Shown in pieces: positions 10,474-21,279 of a stretch of DNA of 64,000 bases; positions within the stretch are counted from its first letter, which is position 1; each line of letters opens with the position of its first letter. Origin of the DNA: Syntrophorhabdaceae bacterium (GTDB lineage: Bacteria; Desulfobacterota; Syntrophorhabdia; Syntrophorhabdales; Syntrophorhabdaceae); the NCBI GenBank assembly GCA_963666485.2, contig CAXXUO010000003.1, positions 96,001 to 160,000 of the forward strand, given 5' to 3'. Made by a program: the position numbers and the translations under genes. A model generated the notes under the pieces. That model made no database searches. It was not told where the DNA came from and worked only from the letters and a program-made list of their open reading frames with translations.

Positions 10474-11122
10474 GCGATCTTTTCCGCCTTCTCGGTTAAA
10501 TTGATCAGGGTTTTCTCGAGTTCGATCCGTTTATTCTCTATTTCATCGGAGGGTAATCCCGGGCTGATCTCTATAGGGTCGCCCCAGACAAAGACAACCC
10601 GCGAAAAGGGATAGGGGAATATAAAACGGTCCCAGGATTGAAAAGTTTTTTTTTAGATGCCCCGTAGCTTACGGGGAGGAGGCGTTTGCGGGAGAGTCGC
10701 GCAAGTTCCACGATGCCTTTTTTCACCTCGAACCGGGGTCCTTTCGGACCGTCCGGGGTTATTGCGACATCTATGTTGTCACGAAGATCGTGGAGGATCT
10801 CCCTCAGTGATGAGACGCTGCCTTTTCTGTATGAGCCTCTCACGGTGCCGATCCCGAAGAACCCAACCACCCGGGCGATAAGTTCCCCGTCACGATGGCG
10901 GCTTATGAGGACTTTGCCGCCTCCGCCCTTTTTCGCGAAAGGCATCATGAGGAGCCTGCTGTGCCAAAAACAGACGATGTAGTTGAACCGGTTACCCCAT
11001 CTGTCGTCAGGAGGCCGGTTGATATGCGTAATGCGCAGGGTCAGCCTGAGCACTGACAAGAAACTGAAAACGAGGGGAGGAACTATAGAGACCAGCAAAA
11101 AAGATTTTATCTTTTTCTTCAT
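10461..11122 (-). CDS. DUF374 / lysophospholipid acyltransferase family protein (LpxJ-like), interrupted by a -1 frameshift at an A9 run (10646-10654)
   Basis: FWHSRL, SRHRDGE, VRGS and TPDGPKGP motifs. The 0-frame stops at 10571. The -1 frame continues SWDRFIFPYPFSRVVFVWGDPI...ACGN* to 10461. Confidence 0.85.
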
Positions 11123-12876
11123 ACGCGCTTTTTCCCCAGGGGAATGACCTTCTTGCGGGCACCCTCCTTGAACTGGAGCTCGTAAAGTCTTTTGTACGGC
11201 CCGTCCTGATCGATCAGTTCCGAGTGGTTGCCTTCCTGTACAATACCGCCTTTGTCGATGACAATTATACGGTGCGCGTTAATGATCGTCGAAAGCCTGT
11301 GAGCAATGATGATCGTGGTCCTGCCTTTCATCAGGTTCTCAAGGGCTTTCTGTACCTCGATCTCGGATTGGGCATCAAGGGAACTTGTCGCCTCATCGAG
11401 GATCAAGATCGGTGCGTTCTTGTATAGTGCGCGGGCAATCGCAATACGCTGTTTCTGCCCCCCCGAGAGGCGCGTCCCTTTTTCTCCGACGATCGTATCG
11501 TAACCCTTCGGCATCTTCATGATAAAATCGTGGGCAAACGCCATGCGGGCCGCTTCGAGCAACCTGTCCTCAACGGGCTCGACGCCGTACGCTATGTTGC
11601 TGCGGATCGTGTCATTGAAAAGGATAACATCCTGGGTCACGAGCGCAACGCTTGTTCGCAAGGAGTCGAGGGTGACGTCGCGGATATCGATGCCGTCCAC
11701 CGTTATCCGGCCTTTCGTGGCGTCATAGAAACGGGGGATAAGGTTTACCAGTGTGGTCTTGCCGGCACCGCTTTTCCCGACAACGGCAATGACATCATTC
11801 TTTCCGATGCTGAGATTGACATTGTTGAGGACCATTTTGTCGTCGTATCTGAAAGAGACATCCTCGAACGTTATTCTTCCCTCTACCGCGCCCAGTTCGC
11901 CGGCCTCGGATTTTTCCTGGACCTCAGGCTGCCGGTCGATCACCTCGAAAACCCTCTGAGCTGCCGCAAGGCCCTGCTGGACATTGTGGTTTTCCTTGTT
12001 GAGTTTTTTGATTGGCTCATAAAGCATGATGAGGGCAGCCATGAACGAAAACAGCGTGCCGGGCGTCGATTTACCGATCATGACCTGGTAGCCGCCATAC
12101 CAGATAATGACCGCAATGGCTATACCGCCGATGAGCTCCATGACCGGGTGTGAGAGTGCCCGGACCCTTATGCGCTTCATCATGATTCTGAAAAGGCCTT
12201 CATTTACCCCGGCAAACCTGTTATTTTCATATTTTTCCATCGAGAACGCCTTGACTATCCTCTGTCCGGTTATCGTCTCATGGAGGAAACTGGTCAGGCG
12301 GGCAAGGTACTGCTGGATGTTCAGGCCTATCTTTCTCAGCCTCTTTCCGAAGCTTACGATGGGGTATATAGAAAACGGAAGGATTATAAACGCGATAAGC
12401 GTCAATTTCCATTCCATCCTGAAGGCGACGATGATAAGGCCGATTATCGTGAATATGTCATTCAGGACCGCAGCCACGGAATCTGAGACGGTACTCTGCA
12501 CCAGCGCTACGTCGTTGATAACGCGGCTGATGTTCGAGCCCGTCGGGGTTTTATCAAAGTATGAAAGCGGCTGTTTCTGCATGTTAAAAAAAACGAGGTT
12601 CCGGATATCGGTCACGACCCTTTGCCCGACGTACCCGATGAAATAAGCCTGGAGGTATTCGAAAATACCCTTGGTGAGAAAGAGAAGGATAACGATCGCC
12701 GGCATGATATAGAGCTTCGTCATATCTTTTTCGAAAAAGATGCTGTCAAGGACGGGCTTCACAAGATAGGCGCTTAAGCTTTTCGACCCTGAACACAGGG
12801 CCATAAAGATCATTGCAAGGACCAGTTTGGCTTTATAGGGGTATGAAAATCTAAGAAGTCTGAGATAAAGGTTCAT
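11119..12876 (-). CDS. msbA: Lipid A export ABC transporter permease/ATPase
   Basis: TM domain plus GKSGAGKT, LSGGQKQR and ILDEATS; located after lpxB. Confidence 0.9.
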   Translation of the reverse strand: MNLYLRLLRFSYPYKAKLVLAMIFMALCSGSKSLSAYLVKPVLDSIFFEKDMTKLYIMPAIVILLFLTKGIFEYLQAYFIGYVGQRVVTDIRNLVFFNMQKQPLSYFDKTPTGSNISRVINDVALVQSTVSDSVAAVLNDIFTIIGLIIVAFRMEWKLTLIAFIILPFSIYPIVSFGKRLRKIGLNIQQYLARLTSFLHETITGQRIVKAFSMEKYENNRFAGVNEGLFRIMMKRIRVRALSHPVMELIGGIAIAVIIWYGGYQVMIGKSTPGTLFSFMAALIMLYEPIKKLNKENHNVQQGLAAAQRVFEVIDRQPEVQEKSEAGELGAVEGRITFEDVSFRYDDKMVLNNVNLSIGKNDVIAVVGKSGAGKTTLVNLIPRFYDATKGRITVDGIDIRDVTLDSLRTSVALVTQDVILFNDTIRSNIAYGVEPVEDRLLEAARMAFAHDFIMKMPKGYDTIVGEKGTRLSGGQKQRIAIARALYKNAPILILDEATSSLDAQSEIEVQKALENLMKGRTTIIIAHRLSTIINAHRIIVIDKGGIVQEGNHSELIDQDGPYKRLYELQFKEGARKKVIPLGKKRV

Positions 12877-14014
12877 TACCCTGTTCTTTCTCAAGAAATG
12901 AGATCACGCATCCCGCGGCCAGCCCGTAGGAATCAGGCACCTTCAGCATGTCAATAATAGGACCAAGTTTCCCGGCAATGTCGTGTCTTCCTTTATCTAT
13001 CATAGAAAGCGCTGTATTTGCAACGGATTCGGCGTTCAGACGCTGAATGAACTCCGGGAAAACCTCCTCTCCGGCGATGATGTTGGGCAGGCCTATATGG
13101 TCCACGCTGACTATCACGCGGGCAATGAGATACGATAACCAGGATATCCGGTAGATGATGATCGTCGGCGCTTTCAACAGGGCCGCTTCCAGCGTGGCAC
13201 TGCCCGAAGCTATGATAGCGGCGTCACAGTATGCCAGTGCATTGTATGCTCCTCCCCTGATCGGCACTATCCCGGGATTTTCATGGAGAAGCGATGCAAA
13301 TTCCGATTCATGAACACTGTCGGCAACCGGCATGACGATCGTGATGTCCGGCCGCGTGCGCCGTATCCTGGAAGCCACCTCCGAGAGGACGGGAATATGC
13401 CGTCGTATCTCATTTCGCCTGCTTCCGGGCATGATTGTGAGAACGGGGACGCCGGGCGCGGCCTTGATGGTTTCCAGGAATTCTTCTTTTGACAGGGACG
13501 GCATCACAGTATGTGCAAAAGGGTGCCCGATGTACGTTGCTGAAATGCCTTCCCTGTCGTAGAGTTTCTGTTCAAAAGGAAGGATGCAGATCACTTTATT
13601 GACGTATTCTTTGATCTGTTTGAGGCGGCCCTTTTTCCAGGCCCAAACCTGGGGGGGTATGAAGTAGATGACCGGTATGCCGAGCGACCGGGCAAAGCGG
13701 GCGATCCTCATGTTGAACCCCGGAAAATCCACGAGGACAACAACATCCGGCCGATCTGTTCGCAGGTGCTTTTTCACTTCGTCGAATGCGTGCCGTATGT
13801 GGCCCATATGGGACAGGACCTCGCTCAAGCCCGTGACCGAAATGTCCCGGTAATCGTGGACGATACGGACGCCAAGGGCGTCGAGCCGCTCGGAACCCAT
13901 GGCAGATAGGGTGAAATTATTGGATTTTCTAAGAGATTCTGTGAGATGGCAGGCGTGGATTTCGCCGGATAATTCCCCGGTTGATATAAAGATCTTTTTA
14001 GTGATGTGCGGCAC
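12851..14014 (-). CDS. lpxB: Lipid-A-disaccharide synthase
   Basis: GELSGE, VDFPGFN, PPQVWAW, GHP, PGSRRNE and SGSATLE. GTG start inferred. Confidence 0.93.
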   Translation of the reverse strand: MPHITKKIFISTGELSGEIHACHLTESLRKSNNFTLSAMGSERLDALGVRIVHDYRDISVTGLSEVLSHMGHIRHAFDEVKKHLRTDRPDVVVLVDFPGFNMRIARFARSLGIPVIYFIPPQVWAWKKGRLKQIKEYVNKVICILPFEQKLYDREGISATYIGHPFAHTVMPSLSKEEFLETIKAAPGVPVLTIMPGSRRNEIRRHIPVLSEVASRIRRTRPDITIVMPVADSVHESEFASLLHENPGIVPIRGGAYNALAYCDAAIIASGSATLEAALLKAPTIIIYRISWLSYLIARVIVSVDHIGLPNIIAGEEVFPEFIQRLNAESVANTALSMIDKGRHDIAGKLGPIIDMLKVPDSYGLAAGCVISFLEKEQGNEPLSQTS

Positions 14015-14933
14015 CCTGTTTTTCGGCAATATAGTTTCGGATACGCATAGCAAGTTCAAGCGCGTTGAGGCCGTCCTTACCGCTGACGCTCGGCGTACCG
14101 GTGCCGCCAGCAGCCGTCACGAACTGGAGGAGTTCATCCTTCACGGGGTCCATCTGGTCGCAGGTGTACTCATCAATGGTAAGTTGAGCATCCCCGCTGT
14201 TTGTCACCGTGACGAGTTTGCCCTGCATCAGGTCGACGAAAAATGTCTGTTTTTCTTCGTAAATTGTTATCGATCTCTCACGGTGGGCGGCTGCGCGGCT
14301 TGCCATGAGACTGGCGACGCATCCGTCGGAGAATTCAACGCGTGCGTTTACCGTGTCGTAGAGCTCTGAGACAAAACAGATCCCCTGTGCAGACACATTT
14401 TTTACCTCTGCATGGACCAGAGACAGCACAAGGTCGAGATCGTGTATCATAAGATCGAGAACGACATCGACATCCGTGGAACGGCCTGTAAAAGGGCTGA
14501 TCCTCCGTGCCTCGATAAGGACCGGTTTTGAAACATGAGGAAGGGCGCGGGTAAGGGCGGGATTCAATCGTTCAAGATGGCCCACCTGGAGCACGAGACC
14601 TTTCTTTCGTGCCAGGTCGACAAGGTCGCGGGCCTCTTCGGGGGACACGGTTATCGGCTTTTCGAGAAATACATGTACGCCGCGTTCAAGGCATTGGCGC
14701 GCAATGCTATAATGGGATTCGGTCGGTGTAGCAATGACGGCACACGAAGCCCCGTTGATAACGTCGGCATGATCGGGAAACACCGGAACGTCGTATTGCG
14801 TGCCGTATTCCCGTGCCCGCGCTTCATCGATATCGCAGATCCCGGTAACGGTGATCCCGTCGAATGTACAGAGTTTGTTCAAATGTATCCGGCCCATGTG
14901 ACCGAGGCCTATCACTGCTACACTTACCGGCAT
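13998..14933 (-). CDS. Gfo/Idh/MocA oxidoreductase, probable GnnA-like UDP-GlcNAc 3-dehydrogenase
   Basis: GLGHMG, EKP, GHLERLNPA and DVVLDLMIHDLD; lies between lpxA and lpxB. Confidence 0.8.
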   Translation of the reverse strand: MPVSVAVIGLGHMGRIHLNKLCTFDGITVTGICDIDEARAREYGTQYDVPVFPDHADVINGASCAVIATPTESHYSIARQCLERGVHVFLEKPITVSPEEARDLVDLARKKGLVLQVGHLERLNPALTRALPHVSKPVLIEARRISPFTGRSTDVDVVLDLMIHDLDLVLSLVHAEVKNVSAQGICFVSELYDTVNARVEFSDGCVASLMASRAAAHRERSITIYEEKQTFFVDLMQGKLVTVTNSGDAQLTIDEYTCDQMDPVKDELLQFVTAAGGTGTPSVSGKDGLNALELAMRIRNYIAEKQGAAHH

Positions 14934-15691
14934 ATTCCCCTCGTCGACGTTTCGATAAAATCTAAAAGATAGCCTATATTGTCGCCGTCGAGTTCATCAC
15001 GGATAATCTTGAGAGAGGTCTTCAGGGGCAGGGCGGACCTGAAGAGTATTCTGTACGCCCTTTTCAGCTTGGTTATCTCTTCCTTCGAAAAATTACGCCT
15101 CTCCAATCCGACGAGGTTAAGGCCATATAGTTTCGCCCTGTCACCCGCTGCTATTACAAAGGGAGGGACATCTTTGGGGATCCCCGTCAGGCCGCTGATG
15201 AATGCATATTTACCGACCCGGCAGAATTGGTGCACGGCACATAAGCCGCTGAAGATGACGAAATCTGCGACCTCGACGTGACCGGCAAGCGTTGCCCCGT
15301 TTGCCATGATAATGTTCGAGCCGACCTGGCAGTCATGGGCAATATGCGCATAGGCCATAATGAAGTTATTATCGCCGACCCTTGTTATCCCGCCCCCTTT
15401 TGTGGTACCGCGGTTGACTGTCACGTATTCCTTGATCGTATTGTTGTTGCCGATAACGACCTGCGTCGGTTCGAATTTGTACCCGATATCCTGGGGTGGT
15501 CCGCCTATCGATGCAAAGGGACTTATGGTGCAATTCTCCCCGATCGTGGTGTTCCCCTGTATCACGACATGGCTTCCGATCCGGCATCCCTTGCTTATGC
15601 GGGCGCCCGCCTCGATGACGCTATAGGGACCTACCTCAACATCTGGCGCTATCTCAGTATTCTTATCGATAATAGCTGTTGAATGTATCAC
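14924..15691 (-). CDS. lpxA: Acyl-ACP--UDP-N-acetylglucosamine acyltransferase
   Basis: Hexapeptide repeats, PQD, HIAHDC, LAGHV, HQF and GLNLVGLERR. Confidence 0.95.
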   Translation of the reverse strand: MIHSTAIIDKNTEIAPDVEVGPYSVIEAGARISKGCRIGSHVVIQGNTTIGENCTISPFASIGGPPQDIGYKFEPTQVVIGNNNTIKEYVTVNRGTTKGGGITRVGDNNFIMAYAHIAHDCQVGSNIIMANGATLAGHVEVADFVIFSGLCAVHQFCRVGKYAFISGLTGIPKDVPPFVIAAGDRAKLYGLNLVGLERRNFSKEEITKLKRAYRILFRSALPLKTSLKIIRDELDGDNIGYLLDFIETSTRGICR

Positions 15692-15705
15692 GTTTCTAAG
15701 CTCCT

Positions 15706-16134
15706 TTATTCCTGTTTCAGCATGGCCATTATACGTGCCTCTGCCACGACATCTTTCTCCACGTAGGCCTTTGCGTCGAATACCCAGATCTCCCGCCTGT
15801 GCTTCACCACCTCGACGACGAATCTCAGCTGGTCACCGGGGATCACGGGTTTGCGAAAGCGTGCTCCGTCTATTCCTGTGAAAAAGACCGAACCTTTCAT
15901 ACCGGGGAACGATTTGAAAGCCAGTACACCACCCGCCTGCGCCATGGCCTCCAGGATAAGGACGCCGGGCATGATGGGCCTGCCGGGGAAATGGCCTTGA
16001 AAAAAAGGCTCATTCAGGGTGACATTCTTTATTGCTACGATCCTTTTCGCCTCTTCGAGTTCGAGCACTCTGTCGACCAGAAGGAATGGATATTTATGAG
16101 GCAGCAGGTCCAGGATCTCGTTTATGTCAATCAT
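15706..16134 (-). CDS. fabZ: 3-hydroxyacyl-ACP dehydratase
   Basis: [11 protein letters not shown] and [20 protein letters not shown]. Start at ATG 16134. Confidence 0.96.
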   Translation of the reverse strand: MIDINEILDLLPHKYPFLLVDRVLELEEAKRIVAIKNVTLNEPFFQGHFPGRPIMPGVLILEAMAQAGGVLAFKSFPGMKGSVFFTGIDGARFRKPVIPGDQLRFVVEVVKHRREIWVFDAKAYVEKDVVAEARIMAMLKQE

Positions 16135-17161
16135 CGGTGTCCTCCGCAGGCAGTTTTTTCTCGATCTCTTTGATCCTCTCAAACAGGTCGGGAAGTCTCT
16201 TGATATAGATCTGAAGCTTCATCCATTCTTTGTGGGGCATGTGGGGTGTGCCCCAGATGATGGAACCGGCCGGGACATCTTTCGTTATACCTGTTCCACC
16301 CCCCGCCATGACGCCATCCCCGATCGTGACATGGTCCCGTACCCCTGCCTGTCCGGCGAGGACCACGTTGTTCCCTATGCGTGAACTGCCGGCGATCCCG
16401 ACCTGTGAAACGATTATCGAATTCTGGCCAATGGTCACATTGTGGGCGATCTGGACCAGATTGTCGATCTTCGTCCCCTTGCCAATAACGGTCTTTTCCA
16501 GTGAGGCCCGATCTATCGCCGTGTTTGCGCCTATCTCCACATCGTCCTCGATAATAACCGAGCCGAGCTGGGGTATCTTGGCGTGCTTCGCCCCGTCCCA
16601 GGTATAGCCGAACCCGTCTCCGGCTATGACCGTATTTGCGTGGATTATGACATTTCGACCGATCGTCGTATCACGGTATATGGTGACATGCGGGTAAATA
16701 ATGCTGCCTTGTCCTATAGTAACGTTCGGGCCGATATAAACGAAAGGGTAGATAGTGGCGTCGTCATCGATCCGAACCTTGTCCTCTATGAACGCAAACG
16801 CCCCCACTGAAGCGCTCGGGGCAATGACGGCCCCTTTGCTGACCGAGGCGAGGGGATGTATCCCCGGTTTAACAGGGGAACTTTGCTCAAACATACCTGC
16901 AACAGAGATATATGCCAGTTCGGGATTGTCAACGATGACAATGTTTTTGACCGCCCCGACATCGGCAAGAGGAGTTTTCTTGCCGATGATAAGGGCGGAA
17001 GCCTTGCATTCGGGGATAGACTTTATGTAGCTGGCATGCGTGAGGAAGGTAATCTCTCCCTCAACCGCGCTCTGAATACCCGCGATCCCGCCGATCGGGA
17101 TATCTCCGTCACCGATCAGATCCCCCTTGACCGAGGCAGCGATATCCTTAAGCGTGATCAT
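16127..17161 (-). CDS. lpxD: UDP-3-O-acyl-glucosamine N-acyltransferase
   Basis: DGFGY, IPQLG and [11 protein letters not shown]; hexapeptide repeats. Confidence 0.95.
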   Translation of the reverse strand: MITLKDIAASVKGDLIGDGDIPIGGIAGIQSAVEGEITFLTHASYIKSIPECKASALIIGKKTPLADVGAVKNIVIVDNPELAYISVAGMFEQSSPVKPGIHPLASVSKGAVIAPSASVGAFAFIEDKVRIDDDATIYPFVYIGPNVTIGQGSIIYPHVTIYRDTTIGRNVIIHANTVIAGDGFGYTWDGAKHAKIPQLGSVIIEDDVEIGANTAIDRASLEKTVIGKGTKIDNLVQIAHNVTIGQNSIIVSQVGIAGSSRIGNNVVLAGQAGVRDHVTIGDGVMAGGGTGITKDVPAGSIIWGTPHMPHKEWMKLQIYIKRLPDLFERIKEIEKKLPAEDTDD

Positions 17162-17697
17162 TATCTGATGGGTTTCTTTTTCGCAGACTCGTTAAAAAGA
17201 GTGATAACCCTGTTCGTAATATCGATCGATGGGGTAGCGAAAAGGATGCCTGCCTGGCTTTTCTCAAGGATCAGCGTGTATTTCTCTTTTTCGCCCAGGG
17301 CCTTCACAACCTCTTCGACCTGTTTCAAGACCTTCTGAGTGAATTCCATGTCTTTTTGCTGCAGCTCGGCCTGGTAATCATTGTAAAGCCTTTGATAATC
17401 CTTGAGCTTTGCCTGGTAGTCTTTTTCTTTCTGGGCCCGCGCCTCCGGTGTTATTGTGGCGCCCTGTTTTTCAACAGCATCTTTCAATCTCTGGAGTTCC
17501 GCCTGTTTACTGTCGAGTGAGCCTTTCAGCCTTTCAGCTTCCTTTGTCAATGAGCCGCGGATCTGTTTACCGGGTTCCGATTCAAGCATTACTTTTTGCA
17601 GGTCTATATAGGCGATACCGATCGCTGATTGGCTTTTCGCTGCAAGCGGTGTGAGCAGGATCATCACGACAAAAAAGATTGTAAAACAATGTTTCAT
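17161..17697 (-). CDS. skp: OmpH/Skp periplasmic chaperone
   Basis: Signal peptide, IAYIDLQKV, coiled coil and DIT; lies between bamA and lpxD. Confidence 0.9.
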   Translation of the reverse strand: MKHCFTIFFVVMILLTPLAAKSQSAIGIAYIDLQKVMLESEPGKQIRGSLTKEAERLKGSLDSKQAELQRLKDAVEKQGATITPEARAQKEKDYQAKLKDYQRLYNDYQAELQQKDMEFTQKVLKQVEEVVKALGEKEKYTLILEKSQAGILFATPSIDITNRVITLFNESAKKKPIR

Positions 17698-17709
17698 AAA
17701 GCCTCCTTA

Positions 17710-19959
17710 CTAATATTGGGTGCCGATCGTAAAATCGAAAAGACTTTTCCTCTCCCCTTCCTGGGGATTGAGGTTCCAGCCGTATTCCAGGCGGATGGGG
17801 CCCATGGGAGAGAACCAGCGCAGGCCAATACCGCCGGTGGTCCTCATCCTGAGGCTGTTCCAACTGTCAAAGCCGGCACCTGTATCAAAGAAGATGACAC
17901 CTTTGACGCTCGCTGGTTTATAGATGGGAAAGATCCATTCGAAATTAAAGAACATTTGATTCTTCGCGCCGATGGGCTCGCCATTTTCATCTGTCGGGCC
18001 GGCTTCACCATAACGGAAGCCGCGGATAGAGTTAATGCCGCCGACATAAAATTTCTCAGTAATAGGAACCTCGCGGCCACTATATGCCGTAATACTACCA
18101 AGAGTTCCCTTGGCAAAGAACGCGCTGTCCATGAATTTGATAGGAAAATATCTTCCATAATAGGCCGTACTGCTGACAAAATAGGCATCACCGCCCAATA
18201 TGCCACCGGCAGTTTCCACGCTTATACCAGTATTAAACCCTTTTGACGGATCCTGGATATTATCGATGGTGTTTTGATTAAGGGCGAACGTTAAACTGCT
18301 CGTAAGGGTGGTACCTTCCTGCGCCTTGATATATGTGCTTGCATCAGGACTTATGTTTTCTACATCCACATTTTCGAGGCGGTACCTGACGCTGGTCCTG
18401 ACGGTATCGGTCAGCGGCTTGATAAGGGAAATATTGCCGCCGGTCCTCATATAATCGTACGTATCCATATACCGCTTGAAATTATAAAGGCTTGTCCCCA
18501 TGTCCATCTTTTTGTCAAATATGTATGGTTCCAGATACGTCAATCTGAACTCATTGGTGTAACCGCTCAAACCTGCATAGAGCGAAACTTTCCTGCCGGT
18601 CCCGAAGAAATTATCTTCCGATATGGAACCTGAGACGATCACCTTGTCCACCGTACTGTAACCTGCGCCGACACTGAAGGTTCCGGTTGGCTTTTCCTCG
18701 ACGTTCAGGTCTACATTCACTTTTTGCGGGTCGTCGGTCTTAACGATCTTGAAATCGGTATCTTTGAAAAATGTTGTATTTTTTAACTTTTTCTTGCTGT
18801 CTTTGATACCGGTGATAGAGAACCGGTCTCCTTCCGCAAATTTCAGTTCACGCCTGATGACCTTGTCACGGGTCCGCTTGTTCCCGACAATATTGATGCG
18901 GTTAAAGTAGACTTCCTGGTTTTTCGTTACGTTGAACGTGGCATTGACGATATGGTTCTGGTCGTCGATCATTGTCATCGGGGAAACTTCGGCAAATGCG
19001 TACCCCTTATCCTGGTACATATCCGTGATTGTCAGGACATCTTCATAAAAAATCGTGCTTCTGAACGTGTCGCCCGGCTTTGTTTTTATCCGCTTGAGCA
19101 ATTCTTCCTGGGGGATTATGATGTCGCCGGCAAATTCGATCGTACCTACTTTATGAATGACGCCTTCTTCAATTGCGGTTGTAATAGTTATGCTTTTGCC
19201 GTCCTTGGATAGCGCAACTTCGGGTACGCCCACCTTGACCTTGGTATATCCCTTGTCATGATAAAATGCCTCAATATTTCTGCGGTCGGAATTCAGTGTG
19301 TCTTCATCCAGTATGCCGGAACCTGTAAACCAGGAAAGCCACCCTTTTTCCTTGGTCTGCATAAAGCCTCTTAACGTGCTGTCTTTAAAATGCTCATTTC
19401 CGGTAAAAGTGATCTTCCTGACGTAGGACTGTTGCGGTTCATCTATAACGAAAGTTACGGTCGCATCATACTTCTCGCCGTAGTCGATATTGTACGTGAT
19501 CCTGGCAGCATAGTATCCCTTGCTGGAATACAACTTCCTGATCTCATCCATGCTTTCCTTGACCTTCTCGATGTTGAGAACGGTCCCGGTCTTTATTTTT
19601 ACCTTGTCGATAACATCGTCCGTTTTGATCTTTTTATTCCCGGACACCAGGATGGACTTTACGGGAGGCCTCTCGATAACGACAAACGTTATAATCTTTC
19701 CTTTGTCGGAGTCCTTGATGTCGATCTGGACATCGCTGAAAAAGCCGGTCCTGTAAATACTCTTCATGTCCTCACGGATTTTGTCAAGGTTGTACGCGTC
19801 GCCTTCTTTCGTCTTGATATTATTTGTAATGACAGCGGTATCGACGCGCTCATTGCCCGTAACTTCGACCTTGGCGACCCGTTCAGATTCCTGGGCGACA
19901 ATTATGGCAGGAAGGCACAAAATCAACAGCAATATGATGAGGCTCTTCAATTTTCCCAT
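17710..19959 (-). CDS. bamA: Outer membrane protein assembly factor BamA
   Basis: POTRA repeats (GN..), IRRE, loop-6 IRGF, WFSPMGPIRL and C-terminal aromatic residue. Confidence 0.95.
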   Translation of the reverse strand: MGKLKSLIILLLILCLPAIIVAQESERVAKVEVTGNERVDTAVITNNIKTKEGDAYNLDKIREDMKSIYRTGFFSDVQIDIKDSDKGKIITFVVIERPPVKSILVSGNKKIKTDDVIDKVKIKTGTVLNIEKVKESMDEIRKLYSSKGYYAARITYNIDYGEKYDATVTFVIDEPQQSYVRKITFTGNEHFKDSTLRGFMQTKEKGWLSWFTGSGILDEDTLNSDRRNIEAFYHDKGYTKVKVGVPEVALSKDGKSITITTAIEEGVIHKVGTIEFAGDIIIPQEELLKRIKTKPGDTFRSTIFYEDVLTITDMYQDKGYAFAEVSPMTMIDDQNHIVNATFNVTKNQEVYFNRINIVGNKRTRDKVIRRELKFAEGDRFSITGIKDSKKKLKNTTFFKDTDFKIVKTDDPQKVNVDLNVEEKPTGTFSVGAGYSTVDKVIVSGSISEDNFFGTGRKVSLYAGLSGYTNEFRLTYLEPYIFDKKMDMGTSLYNFKRYMDTYDYMRTGGNISLIKPLTDTVRTSVRYRLENVDVENISPDASTYIKAQEGTTLTSSLTFALNQNTIDNIQDPSKGFNTGISVETAGGILGGDAYFVSSTAYYGRYFPIKFMDSAFFAKGTLGSITAYSGREVPITEKFYVGGINSIRGFRYGEAGPTDENGEPIGAKNQMFFNFEWIFPIYKPASVKGVIFFDTGAGFDSWNSLRMRTTGGIGLRWFSPMGPIRLEYGWNLNPQEGERKSLFDFTIGTQY

Positions 19960-20065
19960 ATGATTGCAAAATTACCAAATAAACGCCTGTTTTGTAAAGG
20001 TAAAAAATTAATAAATGCTACAGGCTGGAATTGGCCACGGGGAATATGGTAATTTCAGCGAAATT

Positions 20066-20500
20066 ATGTTCCTTTTCCCTGCATGGATCCTTTTTGCCGG
20101 CGCAGTGCTTGTCCTGACTGCGGGAGCGCTGAAGGCGGGACGGGCAACTCTGTGGATTATTTCTTTTTTGGCCGCGTTGAGCTCCGTAATGACCTTGTTT
20201 CCTTTCCTGTTTTTCAGCCAACCCCGGAGTGTCGGGTATTTCCGGGACCTCCTGGTGTTCCGGATAGAACTTGTCACGTGCGCTGCCGCCTTTTGCCTGT
20301 CTGCGGCCGCAGCGGGGTTTATCGGCTGGCTAGCCGCGAATTACCGGGAGACCGGACTTCACCGGGTCTTCGCTTTGTTGCTGTTTGGAATGACCTTTGC
20401 CACCGCCAGTATATTTGCCGCCAACCCGGCTTCGATGGTGCTCTGCTCAGCCCTCACCGTGGCGGTATTGGTCTTTTTGAGGAAGGAAATCCGGAACTGA
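20066..20500 (+). CDS. Hypothetical multi-pass membrane protein
   Basis: About 4-5 hydrophobic segments; fills the gap divergent from bamA. Start uncertain (20015 or 20066). Confidence 0.55.
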   Translation: MFLFPAWILFAGAVLVLTAGALKAGRATLWIISFLAALSSVMTLFPFLFFSQPRSVGYFRDLLVFRIELVTCAAAFCLSAAAAGFIGWLAANYRETGLHRVFALLLFGMTFATASIFAANPASMVLCSALTVAVLVFLRKEIRN

Positions 20501-20501
20501 T

Positions 20502-20613
20502 CGTTCTGCGTTCTGCGTTCTACGTTCTACGTTTCCGATACATAAATTGTTTTCTATGGTACAAGATTCACAATTTTTTAACCTGGAACGCAGAACGTAG
20601 AACGCAGAACGTT
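20502..20613. repeat. Inverted heptamer arrays (CGTTCTR)x4 / (AGAACGY)x3-4 between convergent genes
   Basis: Left arm 20502-20534, right arm 20585-20613, AT-rich spacer. Confidence 0.88.
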
Positions 20614-20616
20614 TTT

Positions 20617-21279
20617 TTATCTTGACCGCTCCACCCCTCTTTTTTCGCACATACCTTCAAGCGGGCAGATGCTGCATTTCGGGGACAGGGGGGTGCAAAT
20701 CCTTTTACCAAACGTGACAAGGAGAGCATTGTATATTATCCAGTACTTCCGGGGCAATTTTTTTCGCAATTCCTCTTCGGTCTGGTGAGGGTTCTTTGTC
20801 GATACGACGCCGAGCCGGTTTGAGATCCTGTGGACATGCGTGTCGACGCAGATGCCGGGTTTTCCGTACCCTTCGGTGACCACGAGGTTGGCCGTTTTTC
20901 GCCCCACTCCCCTGATCTTGATCAACTCCTCTATCGTGTCAGGGACGATGCCGCCGTATGAATTAATTATTTCAGCTGCGACCTCTTTGAGGCCCTTCGC
21001 CTTGTTCCTGTAAAAACCAACCGGGTAGATGAGTTTTTCCAGTTCCGCGACCGGCATGTCGATGAGGTCCTGCGGACTTTTAATGCGCGGCATGAGGGCG
21101 GTCATCACCTTCTCGGTAGTCTCGTCCTTTGTTCTCAGGCTAAGGAGCGTACCCACAAGGATCACAAAAGGATCTCTTTTTGTATCGCGGGAAAGCCGCG
21201 TAATAACCGGGGCTGCCTCCTCAGGAAACAACTCCGTCAGTATTGTCATCATTTTATGGAAGGAAAAATTTGATTTCAT
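20617..21279 (-). CDS. nth: Endonuclease III
   Basis: HhH motif GVGRKTA, VDTHV and C-x6-C-x2-C-x5-C Fe-S motif. Confidence 0.93.
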   Translation of the reverse strand: MKSNFSFHKMMTILTELFPEEAAPVITRLSRDTKRDPFVILVGTLLSLRTKDETTEKVMTALMPRIKSPQDLIDMPVAELEKLIYPVGFYRNKAKGLKEVAAEIINSYGGIVPDTIEELIKIRGVGRKTANLVVTEGYGKPGICVDTHVHRISNRLGVVSTKNPHQTEEELRKKLPRKYWIIYNALLVTFGKRICTPLSPKCSICPLEGMCEKRGVERSR

